A stretch of DNA of 64,000 bases, from NCBI GenBank assembly GCA_964630905.1, contig CAZVWR010000006.1:6232-70231 (forward strand), read 5' to 3'. This DNA comes from an uncultured Spirochaetales bacterium (GTDB taxonomy: Bacteria > UBP6 > UBA1177). Within the stretch, counting starts at the first letter, position 1. The number at the start of each line of letters is the position of its first letter. Shown here piece by piece: positions 18,274-28,131 of this stretch. Position numbers and translations under genes: made by a program. Under the pieces are notes generated by a model that had not been told where the DNA came from, did no database searches, and worked only from the letters and a program-made list of their open reading frames with translations.

Positions 18274-19524
18274 ATGTCAAAAGCATTAGCGATGATCCTT
18301 GCCGGAGGGCAGGGGAAAAGACTTGCACCACTCACACTTGACAGAGCGAAACCTGCCGTTCCTTTCGGAGGAACATACCGGATAATAGACTTTGTTCTGA
18401 GCAATTTTGTCAACTCCGGTTTCATGCAGATAAAAGTTCTGACACAGTTCATGAGCAATTCACTCAACCAGCACATTTCAAGGAACTGGACACTTTCACC
18501 GACATTCAACCAGTATGTCGATTCAGTCCCGGCACAGATGAGAACAGGGGATAACTGGTATCTTGGAAGTGCCGATGCGATATTTCAGAACCTTAATCTG
18601 ATAAAGGATGAATCACCGCGTCATGTGTTCGTTTTCAGCGGAGACCACATCTATAAAATGGATGTTTCGCAGATGTATAATTACCACAACATCAAGAATG
18701 CTGATATGACAATTGCGGCAATTCCTGTTCCCATCGAAGAGGCAACTGAATTCGGTGTGATCGAAATAGACAAGGATTACAGGATGATAGGTTTTGAAGA
18801 AAAGCCGAAAAACCCGAAATCAATTCCGGGAAGACCAGACACTGCTCTTGTCAGCATGGGCAACTATCTTTTTTCGACAGATATCCTTGTAAATGCTGTG
18901 ACAGATGATGCAAAAGATGAATCGAGCGTTCACGATTTCGGGAAGAATGTCATTCCTGCACTTTTTCCATACAAACGGGTTTTTGTTTATGATTTTCTCA
19001 AGAACAGCATCTATATGCCTACCGAGAACGATTATGAAAAACCTTACTGGAGAGATGTCGGAACAATAAAAGCATATTTTGATTCACATATGGACCTTGT
19101 CTCAGTGTCACCTGCAATAAATCTCTACAACAGGAACTGGCCCATATTCGGTTTCCCCGAAGTGAACATGCCGCCTGCAAAATTCGTCTTTGCCGATGAA
19201 AAGAACAAAAGGCTCGGCGTTGCGACAGATTCAATAATTTCAGAAGGCTGCATTGTTTCAGGCGGAAGTGTCAACCGTTCAGTTCTTTCACCGGGTGTGA
19301 GGGTGAACAGTTATTCATCGTTAAAGAACTGTATCATTTTAAACGATGTGAACATAGGAAGATATTGCGAACTTAAAAATGTCATTGTTGACAAGCATGT
19401 GACGATCCCTTCTGATACAAAAATCGGTTTTGATCTTAAAAAAGATATTCAGAGAGGGTTCACTGTTACTGAAGAAGGAATAGTTGTAATTCCGAAAGGA
19501 TACAATTTTCAGGAGGACAGATAA
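18274..19524 (+). CDS. glgC: glucose-1-phosphate adenylyltransferase
   Basis: N-terminal [35 protein letters not shown] is the classic GlgC signature; 416 aa. Confidence 0.9.
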   Translation: MSKALAMILAGGQGKRLAPLTLDRAKPAVPFGGTYRIIDFVLSNFVNSGFMQIKVLTQFMSNSLNQHISRNWTLSPTFNQYVDSVPAQMRTGDNWYLGSADAIFQNLNLIKDESPRHVFVFSGDHIYKMDVSQMYNYHNIKNADMTIAAIPVPIEEATEFGVIEIDKDYRMIGFEEKPKNPKSIPGRPDTALVSMGNYLFSTDILVNAVTDDAKDESSVHDFGKNVIPALFPYKRVFVYDFLKNSIYMPTENDYEKPYWRDVGTIKAYFDSHMDLVSVSPAINLYNRNWPIFGFPEVNMPPAKFVFADEKNKRLGVATDSIISEGCIVSGGSVNRSVLSPGVRVNSYSSLKNCIILNDVNIGRYCELKNVIVDKHVTIPSDTKIGFDLKKDIQRGFTVTEEGIVVIPKGYNFQEDR

Positions 19525-19527
19525 TTT

Positions 19528-21705
19528 ATGACAAAACTGGTTTTTCTGTGGCATATGCATCAGCCGTATTACAAGGATACAACAAGGGATCTTTATCTCA
19601 TGCCGTGGGTTCGTCTTCACTGCCTGAAAGGTTACTATGACATTCCGGTCTCGATCGAGAAATACGGTGTCAAAGGTGTTGTCAACATGGTCCCTTCACT
19701 CATTGAGCAGATAATTGACTATGCTGATAACGGAGCAACTGATGCGTGGCTTGATCATACGATCCCCAATCCTTACGACATGAAGGAAGAGGAAAAGGCT
19801 TTCGTTATCAGAAATTTTTTCATGATAAACTGGGAGCGTCTTGTCAAGCCCTCTCCGAGATACCATGAAATACTGAACAAGAGAATCCGTTACGAGAAAA
19901 AACTCAATTGGAGCGAAATGGCGAAGCTTTTTACCAATGATGAGATATTTGATCTTCAGATTCTTTTCAATCTCAAATGGTTCGGCTTCATGGCACGGGA
20001 AAAATATCCGAGACTGAAAGAGCTCGATGAAAAGGACAGGGGTTTTTCCCAGAAAGATAAAGAAGACCTGCTTGATATCCAGAAAAAAGTTCTTTCCGAG
20101 ATAGTTCCCCTTTACAGAAGACTGGCGGAATCAGGTGCCATTGAGTTGAGTTTCACCCCTTTCTATCATCCGATTGCTCCGCTTCTTTTTGATACTAACA
20201 CTGCTTCAAGAAGCTCAGGAGCACCTCTTCCGGAAAGATTTGTCTATCCTGATGATGCAAAATGGCACATCGAAGAGGGGAAGGCCTATGCGTCAAAGAT
20301 ATGGGGCATGGAGATAACCGGAATGTGGCCTGCAGAAGGTTCTGTAAGTCCTGAGATCATTGAGCCGGTGTTCAACGCGGGTGTCAAATGGATAGCGACA
20401 GATGAAGGGATACTGCTTAATTCTCTGGGAACGCAGAATAAGGCGTCGGTCCTTTACAGACCTTACCGGCTTAAATTGAATGAAGAAAAGCATTTAACCG
20501 GTTTTTTCCGTGATAAATATCTTTCCGATCTTCTTGGATTTTCATTTTCGAGAATGGAACCTCAAAGAGCTGTCGATATTTTCATGAACTATGTGAGAAG
20601 CGTAAGTTTCAATCTTCCCAATGGTCATCCGGAACCCGTTGTTTCTGTCATTCTTGACGGTGAGAACGCATGGGAGTCATATCCTGGTAACGGAGAGCAT
20701 TTCATAAAAGAGCTTTTTACAAGACTGAGTGAAAATACTGAAATAAAAACAACTACTTTTGGAAATATTACCGATACGGAAGATCACAACATTATGCAGC
20801 CGATCAGCAGGTTGTTCTCCGGTTCGTGGATAAACAGCAACTACGATATATGGATAGGCAACGATGAAGATAATGAAGCATGGGTATATCTGAAAAGGGT
20901 GAGAGATTTTTATGAACGGTACAGAAAGAACAACATCGTTACTCCGAAAATTGATGCAGAGGTTATGCGATGTCTCTACCGTGCTGAAGGAAGCGACTGG
21001 TTCTGGTGGTACGGTCCTCAGTTCTCGACTGAGAATGACTGGCTTTTTGACCGGCTTTTCAGAAGACATCTTCGAAAGGTTTACAATCTTCTCGGGGTTG
21101 ACTATCCGACATTTCTTGATATTCCGATTACTTCTTCAACAGGTGACACTTCTATCATAAGTCCGACAAATGTTATAAAGCCTGCCGTATCAGGCAGGAA
21201 TGACGGTTACTATGAATGGGCTGGAGCAGGGGTCTTTGAAAATTCGAGAAAGACTGGCGGGGCAATGTATAACTCAATTAAGGTAACCGACCGTATTCTT
21301 TATGGATTTGACAGGGACAATCTGTTCTTCAAGATTCAGCTTGTGGATCCGCTCAGTTTTTATGAGCACAAAAGATATTTTCTCAAAGGGTTCATAATGA
21401 ACGGGCGTGACATCGATTTTGTTCTGCCGATGATGAGGATAAGTCCAGCTGATTTTGCAGTCCGTTTCAACAGTGAATCGGGATATCTTTCCGAGGTTAT
21501 AGGGGCAGGTTCCGCTTCTTTTGAAGATGTTCTTGAACTGAAACTGAATTCAAAAAAGTCGGGAATGAAACCCGGAGACAATGTTAAGATATATTTTAAG
21601 ATAGTTTCCAGTGACGGTATCGAGCTTGAAAGGGTTCCTGTTTCGGGTTCGATAGAGCTCACAATTCCTGATGAGGCGACCCTTTTTACACTTTGGGATG
21701 TTTAA
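19528..21705 (+). CDS. glycoside hydrolase family 57 protein (glycogen branching or 4-alpha-glucanotransferase type)
   Basis: N-terminal LVFLWHMHQPYY GH57 signature; 725 aa. Confidence 0.75.
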   Translation: MTKLVFLWHMHQPYYKDTTRDLYLMPWVRLHCLKGYYDIPVSIEKYGVKGVVNMVPSLIEQIIDYADNGATDAWLDHTIPNPYDMKEEEKAFVIRNFFMINWERLVKPSPRYHEILNKRIRYEKKLNWSEMAKLFTNDEIFDLQILFNLKWFGFMAREKYPRLKELDEKDRGFSQKDKEDLLDIQKKVLSEIVPLYRRLAESGAIELSFTPFYHPIAPLLFDTNTASRSSGAPLPERFVYPDDAKWHIEEGKAYASKIWGMEITGMWPAEGSVSPEIIEPVFNAGVKWIATDEGILLNSLGTQNKASVLYRPYRLKLNEEKHLTGFFRDKYLSDLLGFSFSRMEPQRAVDIFMNYVRSVSFNLPNGHPEPVVSVILDGENAWESYPGNGEHFIKELFTRLSENTEIKTTTFGNITDTEDHNIMQPISRLFSGSWINSNYDIWIGNDEDNEAWVYLKRVRDFYERYRKNNIVTPKIDAEVMRCLYRAEGSDWFWWYGPQFSTENDWLFDRLFRRHLRKVYNLLGVDYPTFLDIPITSSTGDTSIISPTNVIKPAVSGRNDGYYEWAGAGVFENSRKTGGAMYNSIKVTDRILYGFDRDNLFFKIQLVDPLSFYEHKRYFLKGFIMNGRDIDFVLPMMRISPADFAVRFNSESGYLSEVIGAGSASFEDVLELKLNSKKSGMKPGDNVKIYFKIVSSDGIELERVPVSGSIELTIPDEATLFTLWDV

Positions 21706-21723
21706 TTAATTAAAGGTGGAATA

Positions 21724-22734
21724 ATGATAGAAGGAAGTTTAAGGCGCGATCCTCTTCACAGGCTGTGGGTTGTTTTCGCTCCCGAGAAAGTTGATACGAT
21801 AATACAGAAAAGTTCCGAAAACGAAGCAAAATTCGATATTGATCCGTTTGTTCCGGGGCTTGAATATTCAACAGGAAAGGATATTCTAAGCAGGATCAAT
21901 CCGGCATATGCCGACAAAGGGTGGTCTTCAAGGGTTTTCCCTGCAAAGAACCCGATACTCAAAGTCGAGAATGAAAAGAAAAGTAAGGGTGTGGGGCTTT
22001 ATGATGTTATGTCAAGGATAGGGGCGCACGAAGTTGTCGTAGAAACTCCTAAGAACAACATATTCTTTGACCAGCTTTCGATTGAAGAGATAGCTGATGC
22101 GTTCAGCATAATAAGGGACAGAGTGAACGATCTTAAAAAGGATTCCCGTTTCAGATACATAATGGTGACAAAGAACAGAGGTCTTGCCGCAGGTGGGACG
22201 ATAAATCATAACTATTCAGAAATAAAGGCATTTCCATTCATTCCTCCTATAGTTCAGTATAAGCTTGAAAGTTGTAAGCAGTACTACATGATGAAAGAGA
22301 GATGCCTTCTTTGTGATATAATTGAACAGGAGCTTTTCGACCGCAAGAGGGTGATATATGAAAATGATCAGTTCATTGCGATCTGTCCTTATGCCAGCAG
22401 ATATCCTTTTGAGATAATGATACTTCCAAGAAAACACTCTAATATTTTTGAAAAGATACCGGAAGAATCGGTGAAAGAACTTGCAAAGATAGCAAAAGTT
22501 GTTTTCTATAAACTGAGAAAAGGGCTGGATTCTCCTGCTTATAACTGTGTTTTTCATTTTCAGCCGGTAAACAGCGGAGCGGATGAAGTTATTGAAAACC
22601 TCTCATATCACTGGCATCTGACAATAATTCCAAGGTTGACGAGAATTCCTTCAGAAATGCTTGAAGCAGGAGTCTATGTCAATCCGACTTTTCCTGAAGA
22701 AGCGGCAGAATTTTTAAAGAATATCAGGGAGTAG
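21724..22734 (+). CDS. galactose-1-phosphate uridylyltransferase-like HIT-superfamily protein (possible nucleotide-sugar phosphorylase or transferase)
   Basis: A Cys-x2-Cys (CLLCD) element and tandem half-HIT architecture with the histidine-rich motif FHFQPV...HWHLTIIPR. It sits in the glycogen gene cluster. Confidence 0.55.
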   Translation: MIEGSLRRDPLHRLWVVFAPEKVDTIIQKSSENEAKFDIDPFVPGLEYSTGKDILSRINPAYADKGWSSRVFPAKNPILKVENEKKSKGVGLYDVMSRIGAHEVVVETPKNNIFFDQLSIEEIADAFSIIRDRVNDLKKDSRFRYIMVTKNRGLAAGGTINHNYSEIKAFPFIPPIVQYKLESCKQYYMMKERCLLCDIIEQELFDRKRVIYENDQFIAICPYASRYPFEIMILPRKHSNIFEKIPEESVKELAKIAKVVFYKLRKGLDSPAYNCVFHFQPVNSGADEVIENLSYHWHLTIIPRLTRIPSEMLEAGVYVNPTFPEEAAEFLKNIRE

Positions 22735-22761
22735 GGGCGACATTTATGACGCCCGGCATTC

Positions 22762-22797
22762 TGGGAAGGGCGCGATGAATCGTGCCCCTACTATTTT
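22762..22797 (+). terminator. candidate intrinsic terminator between convergent genes
   Basis: Imperfect GC-rich hairpin AGGGCGCG-ATGAAT-CGTGCCCCT followed by CTATTTTT. Confidence 0.3.
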
Positions 22798-23216
22798 TCC
22801 CTGTCCCATTTCCAGCGTCCGTTACCGCCCCAGTTCATCATTTTTGTATAACCTTTCTCTTCAAGCTTTTTTATAACCATCTGTGCCCTTCCGCCTGTTT
22901 CGCAGTAGAAAATGAGATATTTATCTTTCGGAAGTTCATCAAGCCGGTCCATGACAGTTGAAGAAGGGAAAGATTTTGCCCCCGGAATATGCCCTTTTTT
23001 ATAAGCAGATTCAGGCCTTACATCAATTATCCAGATGTCATCTTTGGGTTTTTCGACCAGTGCCTTCAAACTTTCCGGCTCAAGATACTGCTTGAGCGTT
23101 TCCCCTTCGCTTGAAACATAACCCTCGTGGCATGAAGTCACAAGGAACAGCGCCGATAAAATAACAGCAGAAAAAACGATTTTTCTCAACATGGAACACC
23201 TCCAAAATAAAAACAT
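22791..23216 (-). CDS. rhodanese-domain sulfurtransferase, lipoprotein/secreted
   Basis: Signal peptide with lipobox FLVTSC and the rhodanese active-site loop CETGGRAQ. Confidence 0.75.
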   Translation of the reverse strand: MFLFWRCSMLRKIVFSAVILSALFLVTSCHEGYVSSEGETLKQYLEPESLKALVEKPKDDIWIIDVRPESAYKKGHIPGAKSFPSSTVMDRLDELPKDKYLIFYCETGGRAQMVIKKLEEKGYTKMMNWGGNGRWKWDREK

Positions 23217-23324
23217 CTTTCATAATCATCGTCAGTTAAAAATAATTGTCAATTTGCTTTAAAAACTGACGAACTGTATAATCTCACAGTTTGTAAGTTA
23301 TCACTTTTTTTTCGATGAGGTATT

Positions 23325-24800
23325 ATGACAGACAGCAAACAGGTTCAGCAGCATCAGGCAATTTTGGAGCGTATTGCAAGGAAAGTTATGGTTGAAAGGG
23401 GTCTTGAGCCCGATTTTCCGAAAGAAGCGGTTTCTCAGCTCAACAGGATCCTTGCTCCGGCTTCTCTTGAAGTTGACAATGTGAAAGATCTCAGACATCT
23501 GCTCTGGTGTTCGATAGATAACGATGATTCACTTGATCTGGACCAGCTTACTGCCGCAACTCTTCTGCCGGACGGATCGGTGAAGGTTTTTGTCGCAATT
23601 GCAGATGTTGATGCAATTGTAAAAAATTACACAGCGATAGATCTTCATGCAAGGTTTAACACTCTTTCAGTTTATACTGCGGCTATCATATTTCCGATGC
23701 TTCCTGAAAAGTTGTCCAACAATCTGACTTCATTGAATAAAAACGAAGAACGGCTTGCAGTTGTTGTCGAAATGGTGATCCCGGAGGACGGTTCTTTAAA
23801 AAGTTCCGCCATTTACCGTGCGGCAGTTGAAAACCATGCAAAGCTCTGCTACAACGATGTTTCTGCATGGCTTGAAGGAACTGCCCCCGCACCAAAAGAG
23901 CTGAGTGCTGCGAAAGGACTTGAAGAAAGCATCAAGCTTCAGGATAAAGTTGCACAGAAACTGAGGTCACACCGTTATGAAAACGGGGCGCTCGATCTTG
24001 AGACAATTGAAGGAAAACCTGTTTTTGAAGGAAGTGTTCTTAAAGATTACAGAATTGAAAAAGGGGGTCGTGCAGATCAGATAATTGAAGATTTCATGAT
24101 CGCGGCAAACGGTATCGCTGCAAGATTTCTTGCCGCAAAGAAATTCCCGTCGATACGCCGTATTGTAAGAGTTCCTAAAAACTGGGAAAGGATAGTTGCC
24201 CTTGCAGGCGAGCAGAATTTCACCCTTCCTGCAAAACCCGATTCAAAAGCACTTGAAAAATTTCTCATAAAAGCAAAGATGGACGATCCGGTAAGATTTC
24301 CAGACCTTTCTTTGAGTGTTATCAAGCTGTTAGGTCCAGGGGAATATGTTGTTGAACTGCCCGGGGAAACTTCGACAGGACACTTCGGACTTGCAGTAAA
24401 GGATTATGCACATTCCACAGCACCCAACCGGAGATATCCCGATCTTATAACTCAACGGCTGATAAAGGCGGCACTTGCAGATCAACAGCCGCCATATTCA
24501 AAAAAAGAACTTGATGACATTGCTAAAAACTGCACAAAACAGGAAGATGCCGCAAAGAAAATTGAAAGACAGGTGACAAAATCAGCCGCCGCACTTCTGC
24601 TAGGCTCAAAGATAGGTGAGGATTTTGAAGCAATAGTTACCGGCGCATCCGAAAAAGGGACATGGGTACGGCTTCTGGAACTTCCGTTTGAAGGAATGCT
24701 CTCAGCAGGTTTTGAAGGACTCGAAGTAGGCGAACGGCTCACAGTCAGACTCCTGAAAACCGATGTGGAAAGAGGGTTCATCGATTTCAAAAAGGTGTGA
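23325..24800 (+). CDS. RNB-domain exoribonuclease (RNase II/R family) with a C-terminal S1-like domain
   Basis: RNB signature HFGLAVKDYAHSTAPNRRYPDLITQR (compare HFGL..Y.HFTSPIRRY.DL..HR). Asp-rich motifs SIDNDDSLDLD and AIADVDA. 491 aa is short for RNase R. Confidence 0.7.
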   Translation: MTDSKQVQQHQAILERIARKVMVERGLEPDFPKEAVSQLNRILAPASLEVDNVKDLRHLLWCSIDNDDSLDLDQLTAATLLPDGSVKVFVAIADVDAIVKNYTAIDLHARFNTLSVYTAAIIFPMLPEKLSNNLTSLNKNEERLAVVVEMVIPEDGSLKSSAIYRAAVENHAKLCYNDVSAWLEGTAPAPKELSAAKGLEESIKLQDKVAQKLRSHRYENGALDLETIEGKPVFEGSVLKDYRIEKGGRADQIIEDFMIAANGIAARFLAAKKFPSIRRIVRVPKNWERIVALAGEQNFTLPAKPDSKALEKFLIKAKMDDPVRFPDLSLSVIKLLGPGEYVVELPGETSTGHFGLAVKDYAHSTAPNRRYPDLITQRLIKAALADQQPPYSKKELDDIAKNCTKQEDAAKKIERQVTKSAAALLLGSKIGEDFEAIVTGASEKGTWVRLLELPFEGMLSAGFEGLEVGERLTVRLLKTDVERGFIDFKKV

Positions 24801-24897
24801 ACCGTCAAATTCAATAAGTGTGAAACTGAAAATGCGGTTGACATAGTTTCATAATTATATAAAATTAAATAGTTTTTTTGAGTTATGGAGTTGTAAG

Positions 24898-25155
24898 ATG
24901 CCGGAAATCAGCAGATTTTATGGAATTTTGATTTTGATGCTTTACAGTGATCACAATCCGCCACATTTTCATGCTAAATATGGTGAATATGAAGTGACTG
25001 TAGATATTGAAACCGGTATTGTTACCGGCAGCATGCCAAAAAGGGCTCTTTCTTTAATCCTTGAATGGTATGAGATTCATGTTGATGAATTAAAGGAGTT
25101 GTGGAAACTGGCTGAGTCAAGAAGTCCGCTTAAAAAAGTTCCGCCATTGCCTTAA
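24898..25155 (+). CDS. DUF4160 family small protein
   Basis: MPEISRFYGILI...NPPHFHAKYGEYE is the typical DUF4160 N-terminus; 85 aa. Confidence 0.6.
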   Translation: MPEISRFYGILILMLYSDHNPPHFHAKYGEYEVTVDIETGIVTGSMPKRALSLILEWYEIHVDELKELWKLAESRSPLKKVPPLP

Positions 25156-25166
25156 AGGAGGGAAAA

Positions 25167-25421
25167 ATGTTTCTGAGTGTTAAAAGTGCAATTTATTTAA
25201 ATAGTTACACTTTGAGACTTACATTCAGTGACGGTGTTGTGAAAGATGTAGATCTTTCAAATGAGCTGTACGGACAGATTTTTTCACCGTTAAAAGACAT
25301 CTCTTTTTTTAAAAAGGTGAAAGTCTCTTCAGAGCTTGGAACAATATTCTGGCCGAATGATGCTGATTTTGCTCCTGAATTTCTTTATGAGATCGGTGTT
25401 CCCGCTGATGAAGCCGCTTAA
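25167..25421 (+). CDS. DUF2442 family small protein
   Basis: 84 aa. It is the typical partner found immediately downstream of DUF4160 genes, with an 11-nt gap and an RBS GGAGGGA. Confidence 0.5.
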   Translation: MFLSVKSAIYLNSYTLRLTFSDGVVKDVDLSNELYGQIFSPLKDISFFKKVKVSSELGTIFWPNDADFAPEFLYEIGVPADEAA

Positions 25422-25539
25422 CTGAATTTTTCAATCTTTCCTATACACACAGTTTCTCTCTAAATTTGCAAGGTCAAAAAGTTTAATGTATAATCGGTTT
25501 TAAGATTTTTGACAGTCGTTTAATCTTGCGGGGTTTACA

Positions 25540-27093
25540 ATGATAAAACGGATTTTGTTAATGATTTCATTGGTTTCTTTGTTTTCTCCGATTTTTTCTG
25601 CAGAAAAAGACCGTCTTGCAGTTATGGATGTTGCTGATGAAGCGAAACTGTTTAACAAAACAACAATTGCCAATGTCACAGATTATATTTTCACAAAGTT
25701 GCAGGGAACAAAGATTTATTGGATGGTTCCGAAAGCTGATAGAGACACAGCGCTCGAGCAGGCGATTGAAGAAACCGTAAAAGGGTCAAGAAGAGAATGC
25801 GTTGATGAAAAGTGTCAGTTGTCACTCGTGGCTCAACTTCAGGCGAATTTCTTAATAAATACAAAGATCAAGAAACTTTACGAAGGAACTTGCAACATCA
25901 GCATCAGCAAATTCGATGTTGAAAAAAGAGCCGGAGTAGATTCGTGGGAAGAAAAATTCAACTGTACCGAAAAAGGACTTTATGAAACAATTGACGGGTT
26001 TGATTTTGGTGGAAATAAAGACAATAAAAGAGTTCTTAAGCAGGATAAGATGGCGGATGAAAATGCCTGTAAGTATGCGAAAGAGAAAAATAATTTAGAA
26101 ATATGGGAAAAATATATTGAAAAATACCCGAAAGGCGAATGTGAGTTTGAAGCAACGGTAAAAATAGAAGAACTGAACAAAAAGAAATCTGAAAAAGATG
26201 AAAACACAAAAACATCTTCAGGCAAAATCATTCCGCCCCCCAAAGAAAAGGAACTGAAAAAACCAGCTGATCTGAAGGTGAAAAATTTGTCCAACTGGTC
26301 AAAAAAAGCACCGAAAGAAATGACTTGGAATGATGCAAAAACATACTGTGCAAATTTAAATGAAGATGGATATTCAGATTGGAGATTGCCGACTATTTCA
26401 GAACTCAGAACACTTATCAAAAACTGTCCTGCTACTGAAACTGGCGGAGCTTGCAAAGTTACAAGTGATTGTTTGTCTTCGAAATATTGCATTAATAAAG
26501 CTTGTGGTGGCTGCTCAAATGCATCTGACGGCAGATATTCCAAACTTAGTGATACAAAAAAATGGTTCTGGTCGTCTTCGGCGCTATCAGATGATGCAGA
26601 ATACGCTTGGCTTGCGGGTTTCTACTATGGAGATGTGAGCAGCGGCAGCAAGGGCTACAAGGGCAATGTCCGTTGTGTGAGAACAAATCTAAAAACATCG
26701 GCTGGAACTTGGTCTAAAAATTTGACACATCGAATGGACTGGGTTGATGCAAAAGCATATTGCGATAACTTAAAAGAATCTGGTTATTCTGGTTGGAGAA
26801 TGCCTACAATATCAGAGCTTAGAACTCTGGTGAAAGAATGTTCAGCAACAGAAACAGGTGGATCGTGCGGTGTCAATGATTCGTGTTTATCTGAGAGCAA
26901 GTGTCGGAATAATAATTGTAACGGTTGCCCATCATCAGATGGAAAATACTCAATATTCAATGACATAGGACGGTTCTGGTCGTCTTCAGAAAGAAAAGAG
27001 GATAAAAGATTCGTGTGGTTTATAAATTTCTTTAACGGCAGTGTTTACAGTGACACTAAAACAGGTAGCGGATTTGTTCGCTGCGTCCGATAA
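25540..27093 (+). CDS. secreted protein with two Fibrobacter succinogenes major paralogous (FISUMP) domains
   Basis: Signal peptide. Two copies of GYSDWRLPTISELRTL...C...FWSSS...VRCVR, the hallmark of the FISUMP / TIGR02145-type domain. The central region is Lys/Glu-rich. Confidence 0.7.
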   Translation: MIKRILLMISLVSLFSPIFSAEKDRLAVMDVADEAKLFNKTTIANVTDYIFTKLQGTKIYWMVPKADRDTALEQAIEETVKGSRRECVDEKCQLSLVAQLQANFLINTKIKKLYEGTCNISISKFDVEKRAGVDSWEEKFNCTEKGLYETIDGFDFGGNKDNKRVLKQDKMADENACKYAKEKNNLEIWEKYIEKYPKGECEFEATVKIEELNKKKSEKDENTKTSSGKIIPPPKEKELKKPADLKVKNLSNWSKKAPKEMTWNDAKTYCANLNEDGYSDWRLPTISELRTLIKNCPATETGGACKVTSDCLSSKYCINKACGGCSNASDGRYSKLSDTKKWFWSSSALSDDAEYAWLAGFYYGDVSSGSKGYKGNVRCVRTNLKTSAGTWSKNLTHRMDWVDAKAYCDNLKESGYSGWRMPTISELRTLVKECSATETGGSCGVNDSCLSESKCRNNNCNGCPSSDGKYSIFNDIGRFWSSSERKEDKRFVWFINFFNGSVYSDTKTGSGFVRCVR

Positions 27094-27102
27094 GCAAAAT
27101 AT

Positions 27103-27170
27103 CACAATAGGGGTCAGGGGTTTCACAATAAGGGTCACACAATAAGGGTCACACAATAAGGGTCAGGGAG
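27103..27170. repeat. tandem 14-bp repeat (ACACAATAAGGGTC), three perfect copies plus one degenerate copy
   Basis: Direct reading: CACAATAGGGGTC at 27103, then CACAATAAGGGTC at 27124, 27138 and 27152. Confidence 0.8.
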
Positions 27171-27206
27171 CAATATTTATATATAAAAATGTGACTTTAG
27201 TTGCCG

Positions 27207-27261
27207 CCAACACCCTAAACAAACTCCACTTTTCCCCAGTTTTCTGGTGAGTAAGATAATC
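27207..27261. repeat. 55-bp direct repeat, copy A, upstream of the higBA-like cassette
   Basis: CCAACACCCTAAACAAACTCCACTTTTCCCCAGTTTTCTGGTGAGTAAGATAATC is about 80% identical to copy B at 28132-28186. It contains the palindrome CCAGTTTTCTGG. Confidence 0.7.
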
Positions 27262-27346
27262 TTATCCATATTCTTGCAAAATTAATCTAATTGCTGCATT
27301 ATCTATTGTTGGCTAAATCTGATGGAGCGTAGAATTTTGGATGCAC

Positions 27347-27375
27347 TTGACAAAACTTGCTTTATATGATAAGAA
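27347..27375 (+). promoter_or_regulatory. candidate promoter for the higB-like/HTH operon
   Basis: TTGACA at 27347-27352 followed by an AT-rich TATATGATAAGAA block. The spacing to a clean -10 is not ideal. Confidence 0.25.
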
Positions 27376-27411
27376 ATTGTTTGTAACAGTTCATTGAAAA
27401 ATGGAGTGAAA

Positions 27412-27774
27412 ATGCGAAAAGTTGAATTGCTGGTAACGCCTGACGGAAAATGTCCGGTAAGAGATTTTATTGACACATTGCCGATTAAAACACAGGCAAA
27501 AACTTATGCGACATTTAAAATTGTGCAAAACATGAGGATCGTTCCTGAAAAATTCTTTAAAAAGATGACAGGTTCTGACCTTTACGAAATACGAGTTTTG
27601 CATGATAAGATGCTTTACCGGTATCTTTCGTTTTTTCACAACGGAAATATCGTTATTGTGGCTCACGGATTTGAAAAAAGAAGTAAAAAAACTCCTGAGC
27701 GTGAAATGACAACAGCAATTGAACGGATGAAAGGTTTTAAAGAACAGTTCAAGGAGGTAAGTCATGAAAAATAA
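27412..27774 (+). CDS. type II toxin, Gp49/HigB-like (RelE/ParE superfamily)
   Basis: About 120 aa with a conserved Gp49-like core (ELLVTPDGKCPVRDFIDTLP...YRYLSFFHNGNIVIVAHGFEKRSKKTP). The RBS GGAG precedes the ATG at 27412; the ORF track starts at 27394. It overlaps the downstream HTH gene. Confidence 0.65.
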   Translation: MRKVELLVTPDGKCPVRDFIDTLPIKTQAKTYATFKIVQNMRIVPEKFFKKMTGSDLYEIRVLHDKMLYRYLSFFHNGNIVIVAHGFEKRSKKTPEREMTTAIERMKGFKEQFKEVSHEK

Positions 27775-28069
27775 AGGTTACAAAACAGAAAGTCTTGACA
27801 AAACAATTGAAAGATTTGTTGATAAAAACAGTGCAAAAGAACAGCTTTTAAATGAAATGTACGAGGAAATGAAACTTGGTATCATCATGGATAATTTAAG
27901 AGAACTCAGAAAGAAAAAAGGGCTTACTCTCAAAGAAGTTGCAGAACTTATGAATTCATCAGAAAGTGCGATGTCGAGACTTGAGAAACAAATTAAAAAT
28001 GTAACAATCTCAACGCTTGCCAGATATGCCAAAGTGCTCGGTCGAAAGATCGAAATTAGGGTCGTGTAA
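27764..28069 (+). CDS. XRE-family HTH antitoxin (HigA-like)
   Basis: Helix-turn-helix LTLKEVAELMNSSESAMSRLEK. 101 aa. It overlaps the toxin gene by 11 bp. Confidence 0.65.
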   Translation: MKNKGYKTESLDKTIERFVDKNSAKEQLLNEMYEEMKLGIIMDNLRELRKKKGLTLKEVAELMNSSESAMSRLEKQIKNVTISTLARYAKVLGRKIEIRVV

Positions 28070-28131
28070 ATTTTAACGACATAAATGGACACCACCCTAA
28101 CATCTAAATATATTCTCATCCTTAATTCACT

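Noticed and set aside
24838-24870. TTGACA at 24838-24843 as the -35 of a promoter for the DUF4160 gene
   Set aside because: The best downstream -10-like hexamers (TATATA at 24856-24861, TATAAA at 24858-24863) are only 12-14 nt away and an alternative lies 22 nt away. The spacing is too poor to call, and the promoter consensus of this lineage is unknown.
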